From: Bispira polyomma
Taxonomy: Eukaryota
Reading direction: 5' to 3'
NCBI GenBank assembly: GCA_965649765.1
Contig: OZ287752.1
Coordinates: 87,482,001-87,546,000 of the forward strand
Length of the DNA: 64,000 bases
Shown: piece by piece, positions 10,241 through 22,653 of the stretch
Position numbering within the stretch: the stretch's first letter is position 1
Layout of the letters: every line of letters begins with the position of its first letter
Program-made: the position numbers and the translations under genes
Notes under the pieces: model-generated
Seen by the model: only the letters and a program-made list of their open reading frames with translations
What the model was told of the DNA's origin: nothing
Databases searched by the model: none

Positions 10241-13200
10241 CTACCTGTATTTACCTGTACTACTTGTATTTAACTGTATTCAGCTGTATTTACCTGTATT
10301 AACCTGTACTGCCTGTATTTACCTGTATTCATTAATATTTATCTGTATAAACCTGTATAAACATATATTAACCTGTATTTACCTGTATTAACCTGTATTC
10401 ACTTGTATTAACCTGTACTACATGTATTTACCTGTATTTACCTGCACAATATGTATTTACCTGTATTCACCGACACCACCTGTACTACATCGATTTACCT
10501 TTATTTGCCTGTATTTGCCTGTATTAACTGTACTACCTGTATTAACCTGTACTACCTTTATTAACCTGTATTTACCTATACTACCTGTATTTACTGTATA
10601 AACCTGTATTAACCTGTATTTACTTTTACTACCTGTACTGCCTGTATTTACTGTATAAACCTGTATTTACCTGTACTGCCTGTATTTACTATATAAACCT
10701 GTATTTACCTGTACTGCCTGTACTGCCTGTATTTACTGTATAAACCTGTATTTACCTGTACTGCCTGTATTTACTGTATAAACCTGTATTAACCTTTTTA
10801 CCTGTACTACCTGTATTAATCTGTACTACCTGTATTTGCCTGTATTAACCTAAACTACTTTTATTAACCTGTATTAACATGTATTTACCTGTATTTACCT
10901 GCACAATATGTATTTACCTGTATTCACCGACACCACCTGTACTACATCGATTTACCTTTATTTGCCTGTATTTGCCTGTATTAACTGTACTACCTGTATT
11001 AACCTGTACTACCTTTATTAACCTGTATTTACCTATACTACCTGTATTTACTGTATAAACCTGTATTAACCTGTATTTACTTTTACTACCTGTACTGCCT
11101 GTATTTACTGTATAAACCTGTATTTACCTGTACTGCCTGTATTTACTATATAAACCTGTATTTACCTGTACTGCCTGTACTGCCTGTATTTACTGTATAA
11201 ACCTGTATTTACCTGTACTGCCTGTATTTACTGTATAAACCTGTATTAACCTTTTTACCTGTACTACCTGTATTAATCTGTACTACCTGTATTTGCCTGT
11301 ATTAACCTAAACTACCTTTATTAACCTGTATTAACATGTATTTACCTGTACTAACTATATTTACCTGTATAAACCTGTATAAACATATATTAACCTGTAT
11401 TTAGCTGTACTACGTGTATTTACCTGTATTAACCTGTATGTACCTGTTTTACCTGTATTTACCTGTACTGCCTTTATTTACCTGTATAAACCTGTATAAA
11501 CATATAATACCCTGTATTTACCTGTACTACCTGTATTTACCTGTATTCACCTGTATTTACATGTTTTACATACACTACCTGTATTTACCTACACTGCCTG
11601 TATTTGCCTACACCACCTGTATATACCTACACTACCTATATTTACCTACACCACTTATATTTACTTAAACCACTTGTATTTACCTACACTACCTGTATTT
11701 ACCTACACTATCTGTATTTACCTACACTACCTGTATTTACCTACATCACCTGTATTTACCTACACTACCTGTATTTACCTACATCACCTGTATTTACCTA
11801 CACTACTTGTATTTACCTACATCACCTGTGTTTACCTACACTACCTGTATTTACCTACATCACCTGTATTTACCTACACTACCTGTATTTACCTACATCA
11901 CCTGTGTTCACCTACACTACCTGTATTTTCCTACATCCCCTGTATTTACCTACACTACCTGTATTAACCTACATCACCTATATTTACCTACACTACCTGT
12001 ATTTACCTACATCATCTGTATTTACCTACACTACCTGTATTTACCTACACCACTTGGATTTACCTACACCACCTGCGTTGACCTGTATTTACCTACACTA
12101 CCTGTATTTACCTACACTACCTGTATTTACCTACACCACCTGTATTTACCTACACTACCTGTATTTACCTACACCACTTGGATTTACCTACACCACCTGC
12201 GTTGACCTGTATTTACCTACACTACCTGTATTTACCTACACTACCTGTATTTACCTACACCACCGGTATTTACCTACACTACCTGTATTTACCTACACCA
12301 CTTGGATTTACCTACACCACCTGCGTTGACCTGTATTTACCTACACTATCTGTATTTACCTACACTACCTGTATTTACCTACACCGCCGGTATTTACCTA
12401 CACTACCTGTATTTACCTACACCACTTGGATTTACCTACACCACCTGCGTTGACCTGCATTTACCTACACTACCTGTATTTACCTACTCTACCTGTATTT
12501 ACCTACATCACCTGTATTTACCTGCACTATCTGTATTTACCTGCACCACCTGTGTTTACCTACACTACCTGTGTTTACCTACACTACCTGTGTTTACCTA
12601 GACTACCTGTATTTACCTACACTACCTGTATTTACCTACACTACCTGTGTTTACCTACATCACCTGTGTTTACCTACACTACCTGTGTTTACTTACACCA
12701 CCTGTGTTTACCTACACCACCTGTATTTACCTACTCTACCTGTATTTACCTGCACCACCTGTATTTACCTACACTACCTGTATTTACCTACACTACCTGT
12801 ATTTACCTACATCACCTGTGTTTACCTACACTACCTGTGTTTACCTACACCACCTGTGTTTATCTACACCACCTGTATTTACCTACTCTACCTGTATTTA
12901 CCTACAGTATCTGTATTTACCTACATCACCTGTGTTTACCTACACTACCTGTATTTACCTACATCACTTGTGTTTACCTACACTACCTGTGTTTACCTAC
13001 ACTACCTGTATTTACCTACATCACCTGTATTTACCTACACTACCTGTGTTTACCTACACCACCTGTGTTTACCTACACGACCTGTATTTACCTACACTAC
13101 CTGTATTTACCTACATCACCTGTATTTACCTACACCACCGGTGTTGACCTGTATTTCCCTACACCACCTGGATTTACCTACACTACCTGCGTTACCTACA

Positions 13201-13460
13201 CCACCTGGATTTACCTACACTACCTGTATTTACCTACACTACCTGTATTTACCTACACCACCTGTATTTACCTACACTACCTGTATTTACCTACACCACT
13301 TGGATTTACCTACACCACCTGCGTTGACCTGTATTTACCTACACTACCTGTAGTTACCTACACTACCTGTATTTACCTACATCACCTGTATTTACCTACA
13401 CCACCTGTGTTGACCTGTATTTACCTACACCACCTGTATTTACCTACACCTCTGTATTTA
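10241..13460. repeat. Compound satellite: 9/10-bp ACCTGTATTT/ACCTGTACT array grading into 19-bp ACCTGTATTTACCTACACT
   Basis: Unit change at about 11570. Higher-order repeats of 457 bp (markers at 10444 and 10901) and 124 bp (CACTTGGA at 12051, 12175, 12299, 12423). Confidence 0.95.
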
Positions 13461-13691
13461 GGTCAGCGTCATCAAGTTCCAATGCATAGACTGACATGGC
13501 AGTTTTGTAATTCGAAAACATGTTAATTAGTGGTTTTTTAGTTATAATGTACTCCTTATTTTGCCCCACCTTATTCATTCGATTCTGTTATCTAATATTC
13601 CTATCTTATTCCTCTCATAGATGTGTGCAAGTGTACAATTCTCATAGATATATAACGAATTCAGTTTACCTCTTTATTCCTCTACAATATT

Positions 13692-13819
13692 NNNNNNNNN
13701 NNNNNNNNNNNNNNNNNNNNNNNNNNNNNNNNNNNNNNNNNNNNNNNNNNNNNNNNNNNNNNNNNNNNNNNNNNNNNNNNNNNNNNNNNNNNNNNNNNNN
13801 NNNNNNNNNNNNNNNNNNN
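13692..13819. other. Assembly gap (128 N)
   Basis: Run of n characters. Confidence 1.
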
Positions 13820-14448
13820 TAGTTAATTACTAATAACCCCCCATAATAATAACCTTCGTAACATATACCATATTACACAGACATTCATACACCTATGTCT
13901 TTTAATAAGACCCAACAAATGATTGTTTTATATGGTGGTACAATCTTTCACAGGGCCGTTTGGGGTACATATTGTTATAGACATGACTAGCATTATTGCT
14001 GTCAGTGGGTCTTATCCTCATTGGTAGGCTAAAAAACCTTGAGGACATTAATATAAATTGTGTCATCTCTAACCCCATCTCTTCACCTAAGAGAATGACA
14101 TTTACTGGTGAAAGTTGGCTGTACTTGGAAAGGTACGAAAATGGTTAATTAGCATTTTATATACCAGAGCAAAGCAGATACATGCACAATACATTCAACG
14201 TTATGTTATCGCCTATAATCTTGTTAATAAATTTAAGAAAAAAGTCTAAAATACTGCATCAAATTCCCTTCTGACCTATGTCAGGTCAAGTTAGCCCTGT
14301 ACTATATTAGGCAGTTTCACACATCTAGTCTGCAATGCACTAAACATGTGTGTAATGAAATGATTGTAGAAATCAGATTAATAACCCAAAATTCTGGTAC
14401 ACACATCACTATTATTTAAAACACAGACATCAACTCTAACTCACTTAC

Positions 14449-14630
14449 CTTGTGTTAAATGGATCAATCTCACACTGTTTACTTATCCTGTTTTTTGTTT
14501 GGTTATCACACTTTACTTTATCCCACTTCTGTCTCCGAATCTGTTATAAAATCTGTTTACAACTTTAAAGGAATGGGAGGTGGCCCTCTGTCTAAGCTCT
14601 GATTGGTCAAGAGTAAGCCCCACCCACCTG
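14449..14630 (-). promoter_or_regulatory. Candidate promoter and non-coding first exon of the Rh gene
   Basis: On the minus strand: consensus donor CAAG|GTAAGT at 14449/14448, TATAA at 14548-14544, NF-Y-type GACCAATCAG (CCAAT 14606-14602) and a CACCC box near 14618-14628. The Rh start exon needs an upstream donor. The linkage is inferred and spans a gap. Confidence 0.4.
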
Positions 14631-14902
14631 CCTGTAAATAAAGTTAGAAGGGGCCTGTGTTATTTTACTTAGATTATAGATCTGGTTTAGATCATTATTC
14701 TTTTGAGGCCACCTTAGGTAAAAGACTTAACACCTCTAACAGTATTATTGTGAGCTGCTTAAGGGATTTCCACTAACTTCATACCAAGCACCACTCTTTT
14801 TCTAATACTCTTTTTTCATGTTGTAACTAAGAGCAAAATATTAACATTTTTCGGCCAAAATGAAAGACCAATATCTCGAGAATAATGCTAAATTTAGACT
14901 AA

Positions 14903-15123
14903 AGGGGCGAATAGACCTGGCCGATTTTGCTTCCAAATCCGACGTCCGTTTCCGTCATTTGAAATGTTATATGTATACCTAAATAAATCGGCTTCTGAAT
15001 ATGAAGTGACGTGGCCCAGGTGTATTCTACTTCTCTATTTATTTATTTTTTTTTTTTCGGATAACGGAAACGGACGTCGAATGACGGATTCGAAAGCTAA
15101 ATCGGCCAGGTCTATTCGCCCCT
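14903..15123. mobile_element. MITE with long TIRs (PIF/Harbinger-like), copy 1
   Basis: AGGGGCGAATAGACCTGGCCGATTT ... AAATCGGCCAGGTCTATTCGCCCCT, plus an inner inverted pair CGACGTCCGTTTCCGT/ACGGAAACGGACGTCG. Flanked by TAA and TTA. Confidence 0.85.
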
Positions 15124-15149
15124 TTAGACCTGTTATGAACATGACCACT

Positions 15150-15275
15150 GGGGATTCACGCCCTTTGCACTTCACACAAAGTTGTCCCTCTCTCTACCTA
15201 GGTGTATATAAATGAGTAGTTGGCCACTTATGGGTGTTGATGTGGAAGCCATAACACGGCTAGTATATGCTCCCT
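15150..15275 (+). mobile_element. Fragment of the CORE-like SINE family seen at 36314 and 58795
   Basis: CACAAAGTTGTCCCTCTCT..GTGTATA..TGGCCAC..AGTATATGCTCCC is shared with those copies. Confidence 0.6.
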
Positions 15276-15280
15276 TCTAA

Positions 15281-15743
15281 AAAGGCTAATATACCTGTCA
15301 GATTTCCCTTTTGTCATCCGTTTCCGGCGGCCGTTTCCTTCAACCGAAAAAAAATCTAAATCTAAAAAAAATAGAGAAGTCCCTTTTAACTTTCCATGGC
15401 TTGTTAAGTGTGGTGTAGGCTATTCCTTAAATCCAAGGAGACACGTTAATCTAGAACAAATATATTCTTTTCCAATAATTAGTAAAAACTAAGAAGCTAT
15501 AAGAAGATAGGTGTGATTTAGGATACTAATTTTTTTACATGGAATGTATTTGCAAAGTTGAATAACAGATTCCGAACAAAATCGGACAGGTATATTTGAC
15601 CCCTTAATAAAATCGGCTTTCAATTCAGAGGTGATGTTGGCCGGGTGAATTCTACTTCTCCGTTTTCTTTGATTTAAATTTTTTCTGATGATGGAAACGG
15701 ATGACGGATTCTGAAGCAAAATTGGACAGGTATATTCGCCCCT
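15281..15743. mobile_element. Related MITE copy 2 (15281-15604, TAA on both sides) abutting the right half of copy 3 (15608-15743)
   Basis: TIR AATATACCTGTCAGATTT / AAATCGGACAGGTATATTT. 15608-15743 aligns with the right half of copy 1 and ends TATTCGCCCCT. Confidence 0.75.
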
Positions 15744-16944
15744 TTAGGGTGCTGAGAGTGAACAATTGGTTGACAAGTAGGAAGAACCCAGCACGGGGAG
15801 AGGGGGGCGAGGAGGGCCAATGGGTGTAAACTGTTGGATGAGACTTCAACATCAGGGATGGGCCTAGCAACCTACACATGGATATTTACATATGTTGATA
15901 TATTTGATTGATTATAGGCACATGCAAATACAATAATACATATCAACAATTTATAAAGAACAACCCCAGAAGGGCTTTATGTGTGACTTTAAATACACAA
16001 CTACATCTAGGTGTGCTTGTGTACTGTTTAGAAACAAAACAGTGACAATATTAACTTTTATTTAGAAAGCAGAATAAAACAATTACCCTATTTTTACATT
16101 AGGCATTTTTTGTTAATTATGCTTTGTTACATTAGGCATCATTTGTTAATGATACCTTGTTACATTAGGCATTAGACATTATTTGTTAATTCTGCTTTGT
16201 CTTATTTTCCAACTAGATTTAAGCTACTGTGTAACTGTTTTTTTTTCTTCAAAATTTATGACCATTTTTTCAAACGTTACCACTTCCGAGAAAGATAGAC
16301 CAAATCGGACATTGAAACCTCTCTTGGTGTATTGTTTGGTATTGTAGGCAGAATAACAGCACAAACAATGGCATCCTTAATAAAACCACTATGGCATAAA
16401 AGATGTAGAAATGGGTGTCTGGGTGTTATGTGTCAGTCATAGCATGGATTGTATAGGCTGACTTTTAAGGCGTCAACTGTGACGTGGATTGAGGCCTCAT
16501 CGTCAAGGGTGACATCAGACTGGCCACCTGCACATGGTTATTTACTTTGATACAGTGTTCTTTTGTTATTGGAGGGGAGGGGGGGGGTTTATAAATGACC
16601 CTCTGTCCCCACCCATTTCCCCCTGACCACGTGATTTATCAGAAACACACAGTTGTTATTGAGCTTCTATAAAGTCCAAATAGTGTCTGGAATTTGGAAA
16701 AACTAGGGTTTAAAAGAAGATTCTTGAGACAACTGACTTGTAAGCTGATGAAGGCCACACCCCCTCACCTCCTCAATGTAGAGGCTGCAGAGACTGGAAG
16801 GTGACATCAAGGGTTTGGATACTTTTGTAATGATGTATTCGGTAACTTGGCACACTCTTACCTAATCCCCGCCTCATTCAGTCACTCAATATGGCAGTAT
16901 GTTACACTGTGAATGCTTCCTGTTTTATATTTAACTCTTCATAA

Positions 16945-17353
16945 CAATAAGGTGCTGTATAAATACTCCAATAAGGCCCTATATAGATACTTCTATAGGG
17001 CGCTATATAAATACTCCAATAAGGTGCTATATAAATACTCCAATAAGGTGCTATATAAATACTTGAAGAAGGGGTTGTAATACTTCAATAAGGTGCTGTA
17101 TAAATACTCTAATAAGGTGCTATAAAAATACTCCAATAGGGCGCTGTATAAATACTTCAATAGGGCGCTGTATAAATACTTCAATAGGGTGCTGTATAAA
17201 TACTTCAATAGGGTGCTGTATAAATACTCCAAAAGGTGCTATATGAATACTTCAATAAGGTGCTATATAAATACTCCAATAAGGTGCTATATAAATACTC
17301 CAATAGGGGGCTGTATAACTACTCCAATAAGGTGCTATATAAATACTCCAATA
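16945..17353. repeat. 24-bp minisatellite CAATAAGGTGCTATATAAATACTC, ~17 copies
   Basis: Direct tandem units. They explain the YLYSTLL ORFs. Confidence 0.95.
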
Positions 17354-20300
17354 CTTCCTGTTTCAGCATAAGGAGAATTTTGGAAGTGCCCTAGAGGAAA
17401 GTCTGGTACTTTTATCACAGAATAACTTCAGGTTTGGCATTGCGAGATAAGTCTGATATTTCTGTTTTTTATATTCTCATTTTAAGAGTTTTATTAAACA
17501 GATAGACAAACACCCACCCACACATACACTGACAGACAAACACAAATAGACAGACACACATCCACCCACACAGATAGACAAAAACATCCATCCATGCAGA
17601 CAGACAGTACAGTGTGTCACAAACTCATTTACCTCTACCTGTTAATATGTCAGTGACCCTCAGTTATCTAATTGTTGACACTCTGGTTACAATCTCCCCC
17701 TCTGTGGACACTCACGTGACACTAAGGACCCCCTACAACAGGTAGCCTTGTGTAAAGCTCACATTGGTCCCCAATCTCTGGTTTAATTAGCAGGTTAGGC
17801 TGTAACCTGAGCTCAATAAGATAATTAGTGTAAAACCAATGGTGACCAACTCTACTTAAGGTAGGCCAACTTTAAATTCATCATCAAAACACCTGTATAA
17901 AAAGGTTAATAGTATCTAATAGTATCTATTCTATTTTACAAACAATTAATACATAAAAACAAGCCCATGGAGAAATAGATTAAATCCCATACTATACATC
18001 AGCTCAATGATTTGTTTGATACAATTTACACTGAGTGATGTGATATGTCTATAAAGAGTGTTAGACCAACATTGAATGTTCTGAAAGGGACCCTTATTTA
18101 ACAAAGATGAACTTTAGCCCATAATCAAGAAGACACAGACCGATTGGGTTTAATGTTATTATAAAGGGGGCTCCCACTTTTGTAAATTTGAATATTGAGA
18201 TTTTAATACCACTGTGAAGCGATGCAGCTCACCACAGAATGAGGTTTTCAACAAGTTACAATCACCTTTGGTCTTGTCCGACGTCTGCTCGGCGCCTCCG
18301 CGGTTGTCTTACACAAGGTTGTCTTACACTCTCTTAAGACGATTTAACAATGCATTATCGTCACTATGGTCGCACACTAGTTGACTAAAAATCCTCCTCT
18401 CCCCCATGCCACCTATGATTATGCCTCACCTTGTGATGACCTCATTAAACCCCCCTCATTTTAACATAGCCACACCACACCAGGTCATTGCGCAACCATA
18501 TTAGGTCCATTTCCGTGTGCTTCCTTGTCATAACTGTAAGGCCACTATTACATAACCACAGCTACATCTTTCGACACCTCAGAGCCCCCGAGGCATGGAC
18601 GTTTCTGGCCACGGGTTGCAGGCTCAAAGCAATCTTCAGACAATATGACAGACGTCAAGGTAAGTAACATTAGCTTTTGTGACCACCTGGTAGCGCCCAC
18701 CATACTGCCAATGTCTGCATATCGCATAAGAACCGCTCCTCCGAAAGGGGATAACAAAACTAAAATGCGGTGTTATAATATTATAAATATTGCGTGGTAT
18801 CTCCAGTGGACCTATTGATATGGTAGGATATCTTCTAATACATTTTCACTCACGCCTCCTTAAAGTGCCCCAGAAAGGAGATTGTCTCAAACAAGTTAGA
18901 AACTTTTATACATGAGATATTTGATGCACATTTCTGTATCAACTGTTTCATAACAAGGGAGCTGTAATAGAGAAAGCTCTGGATCCTGCCTTCCTGATGG
19001 GTCTGACCGAAGAGACAGAGAGTCTCTTGCCTCTCTAACGGTTACTGAAAGAGAGAAGGGAGGCAAGGTAGGAGGGCTGTTCATGTGACTACAGCCTTAA
19101 GAGTGGTAACGTGTATTTTGAACAAAATTCGAGAGTGAGTGGGCAGTAAATGATACCATAAAATCTTTTTAATTTTACTGGCCGAAAGTAGGCTAAGAAA
19201 CCCGACGTAGAAGAAGCCGTGAAAAAATGCATCAATACATTCTGAACTCTGTTACCTTGTAGTACCTTCCCCTTCCTTGAGTGGTCGTATTTAAACCGTC
19301 TATGAACCCCACACACCTTATAATGAACATTTTATGACTGCAGAGATATATCCTAAAATAACATTGCAAAGCTACCAAGGTAAATTCCTCTAGCTATTAA
19401 GCGAGGTACAGTACCTTCTGCAACCTTCTGGTACCTCCTAGCTTTTGAACTGCTTGTGAACTGCACATATCGTCTATATTGACGCTGCTCACATTCCAAC
19501 AGTATGGTACGTGGTTAGAGAATGTAGCAGAAGATATTCATGATTTGTCTTCTATGGAAAGTTGATGTGTGCATTTACCTTACTAGAACTCTTAATTATC
19601 ATGTATTATCATGTATCATCATATATTACCATGACCGGAGCCTTAAGTAGGGATATATATGAACACTGGTGTGTACATAACAGTCAGGGACGTCAGTGAT
19701 CACTGCAGTGAAATCCCTCCTCAAACCCACCCACATCGTCTGTAGGTGAAAAGCTTTGATAGACAAACTAAGCAGAAATCATTTCACACCTCACTACCCA
19801 GAGCACTTAATAATCCCTCATTTCTGTTATGACAAGGCAAAAATATTTACAATAGCTACGGGGATCTTATTATAACCTTTAATGTACTAAGGTAGATTCC
19901 TTGGAATTGTCCTTGGAACTATGGCCTCGGCCGATCAGAGCTCACAATCCAGTTTGATCTGGTTAAGGTGACGTGATTGACAGGTCACGTCACAATGACA
20001 CCAATGTAAGTGTTCAAAAGCAGCCAAAAGAGACAATGGTTTGTTTAAACAGTTAAAAAATAAGACCTTGATTTCGACTTTGAAATCACAAAATATAGGG
20101 AGACCTCGGATTACCAGTCCAATTGACCTAGTTTTAGAATTGCGGAGTTTTGAGAGGCATGTTTAAATAACATAATGTGCTCGTATATGATTGTATTCTA
20201 ACACAGGGATATGTTCTCAACAGTGGACGATGGAATAAATCGACCTCTGGTAGGACAATGACTTCAAAGATTGCTGTATGATTACATTAAATAAGACATG

Positions 20301-21004
20301 TTGACAAACTGGAGGCTAGAACGACCCAGCTGGCTTTGATGTTTTATTTTTTTAAGAGGTAGGGGGAGGAGGGGGGGGGAGGGGATTCCCCCGTACATTT
20401 TGCCAAATTGATAAGTAGTTCCAAATAAAGTATTCCGTCACATATATATTTATTTATTCATACCTTAAGTACACAAATAGATATATTACAGAATGTTAAC
20501 AGAAAAAAACAACCAGAAACTTTTATGAACTACACTCTTAATACTTTTAATCTGTACAGAAAAAATCTAATAAATTGTTCAACTCCTCTCCACTGAACTG
20601 TGATGTCTTGATGTCACTGATATCAAGTCAATCTTGGATGTTTCCCATATAAGTATGTCTATATATACGTGTATGTTACACCCAATCCATGAAATGGCCC
20701 ATTTTGTGAAATAGACAACTCACTTGCAAGTTTCATGAAATGAGCAACAAATTCTTATTTTACGAAATGGGCAAGTAAATGTAAGTAATTTTAACTTTCA
20801 TACACACGGTGATTCAAGTTCTACATACACAATATAATTACTTCTACTTCTACTTTGTTGTTGCTGCACTGGAATGGAACAGTTTGCCACAAAATGTCAG
20901 ATCACAGAAGACAATATCAGGTTTTCAATGCCAGGTCAAGACTTACTTGTTCAGACTTCCATAACCTTCACCTTAGTTACTCCCTGGTTGGCGCTCAATT
21001 GGAT

Positions 21005-21681
21005 AATAGCAACCTGAATTATTTATCTCTAAAAATAATAGACAGTTAAATTAATTTTATTATTTTTCTGGAAAGTCAATTTGATTCCCAACAAGTATTT
21101 ATTTATTAGACTCTCTCAATTAATTTCACAGAAATTATCGTCGGAGGAGTTAATAAATACCGCCTATGAAGTACCTAATAATACATTAGTTGTAATAGCT
21201 AAAATAGAAAACCTGAATATTTTAATCCTATTTACCATATTTAAGACTGTACTTCTAATACATGCCTAGATTGCTTTAATCAAAGTCACCAAACGGCTGT
21301 TGAGTTTGAGTTGTGTTCTATTATGCTTTGTAACCTCTTGGTTTTCTACTTGCACCAACGTTAAACTGCATCATGTTATATATATATATCAAATCACGGT
21401 GCTGCACCACGAATGATGATGTTCATACAAATTCGTGACGTAGCACACAGCTCTTACACAGGCACCGCAATAGATGACCAAATATGAAGGAATATTGCTT
21501 TATTTCGCATTTTAAAGACATTTAAAAGGTAATCATTTATATGATATACATAAAATAGGTTCTAACTCATTAATTTGCATTTAACGTTTGAATTCGTCGG
21601 CGGTGGGCAAAAATCCACCGCAGACGAACCGGTGACCAAAATCCAGAGGTGACGTTACAACTCCGGCTACGGGTCATCTCA
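21005..21681 (-). repeat. 3' LTR remnant of the second gypsy element, preceded by a PPT
   Basis: On the minus strand it starts TGAGATG at 21681, after AAAGTAAGGGGGTAA (21696-21682). 21005-21052 matches 27881-27928, and 21649-21681 matches 27931-27968. Confidence 0.7.
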
Positions 21682-22029
21682 TTACCCCCTTACTTTAAAA
21701 TTGTTTACATGTGTAAAACGAATCTACATAACAAGATACTCATAAACTAAAAAGTAACACTGAAATGGAAACCACCATTCTACCGTAAATCAGTAATACA
21801 TGTAAAAATTCAACAACATTAACAGTAACAGTCTACGATAGTATGCTCTATGCAATATATCAGTAGCACAGTCAGGTAAACCAATGCGATAATACTTGTT
21901 ATCAATATCAATGTGAACCTCATATCACCAGCTCAATAACAACCACATTATAACAATTATATATTCCATATATAACATAATAAAGTTCATAATTAAAAGT
22001 CTCCTTTTTTACTATCAATTTATCTATCT

Positions 22030-22653
22030 TTAATCTATCTTTAATCGTTTTTGTAACTGTCTTATCCTAGCCTCCGACTCTACCCTCATTTCCCACTCTG
22101 CCTTCAGCTTTTGTTTTAAGTTTTTAACCTCCGCTGAGTCCCGCTCGAACCATTGGAGTGCATGCCTTGCCTTCTCCCGCTCCTCTACCCAGAATTTAGC
22201 ACAGGCCTCAGCCTTGAGTATGGTTTTAAGAGAATGTCTCTTGAAGTAGATAGACCCTCACTACATGGCTGTTGGAGTAGTATTGGTGCTGGTGCTGGGG
22301 TAGTCTCCATTCTGATTTCGGCAGTGGAACCTTTGGCACAAGGGCCAGCTGACTTCTTGTGTCCTGGACGGTCACCTCCCTCTTTCGGTATCCCGCTGGT
22401 AGACAATGTTCACCAGGGTTGACGTACAAACGTTTCTTTCGTTTGGTTGGTACAGCCTTGGACACTTGCTGATGTTCTTGCATAGCATGGCGCTTAACAT
22501 CAGCTGATCGGAAAATGGACATTGCAGCTTAGCGTTTTCCTTACCCTCTGCCTCATCTATCTCTCCTTCCTCTTGGACCTCCTGCCAGTCGTTGTTTTTC
22601 TCCATTTCTCTCACACATTTTTCTAGTTCCATGAAGAAATGGATTTCCTCTGC
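22030..22653 (-). pseudogene. Decayed accessory ORF between integrase and PPT (env position)
   Basis: Coding-like, purine-rich frames on the pol strand: acidic MELEKCVREMEKNNDWQEVQEEGEIDE, then CPF../RSADVKRHAMQEH, and a stop-free frame 22257-22030 ending ...FERDSAEVKNLKQKLKAEWEMRVESEARIRQLQKRLKID*. Confidence 0.5.

Noticed and set aside
11414-13526. Long overlapping ORFs (up to 366 aa) rich in Y/L/P/T
   Set aside because: These are translations of the 19-bp satellite, open in several frames at once, with no splice or domain support.
13520-13822. 100-aa ORF
   Set aside because: It extends through the N gap and is an artefact.
18562-18659. Possible plus-strand exon ending AAG|GTAAGT (YIFRHLRAPEAWTFLATGCRLKAIFRQYDRRQ)
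   Set aside because: The donor is good but the acceptor lacks a pyrimidine tract, and I found no partner exon or recognisable homology. It cannot be supported without transcripts.
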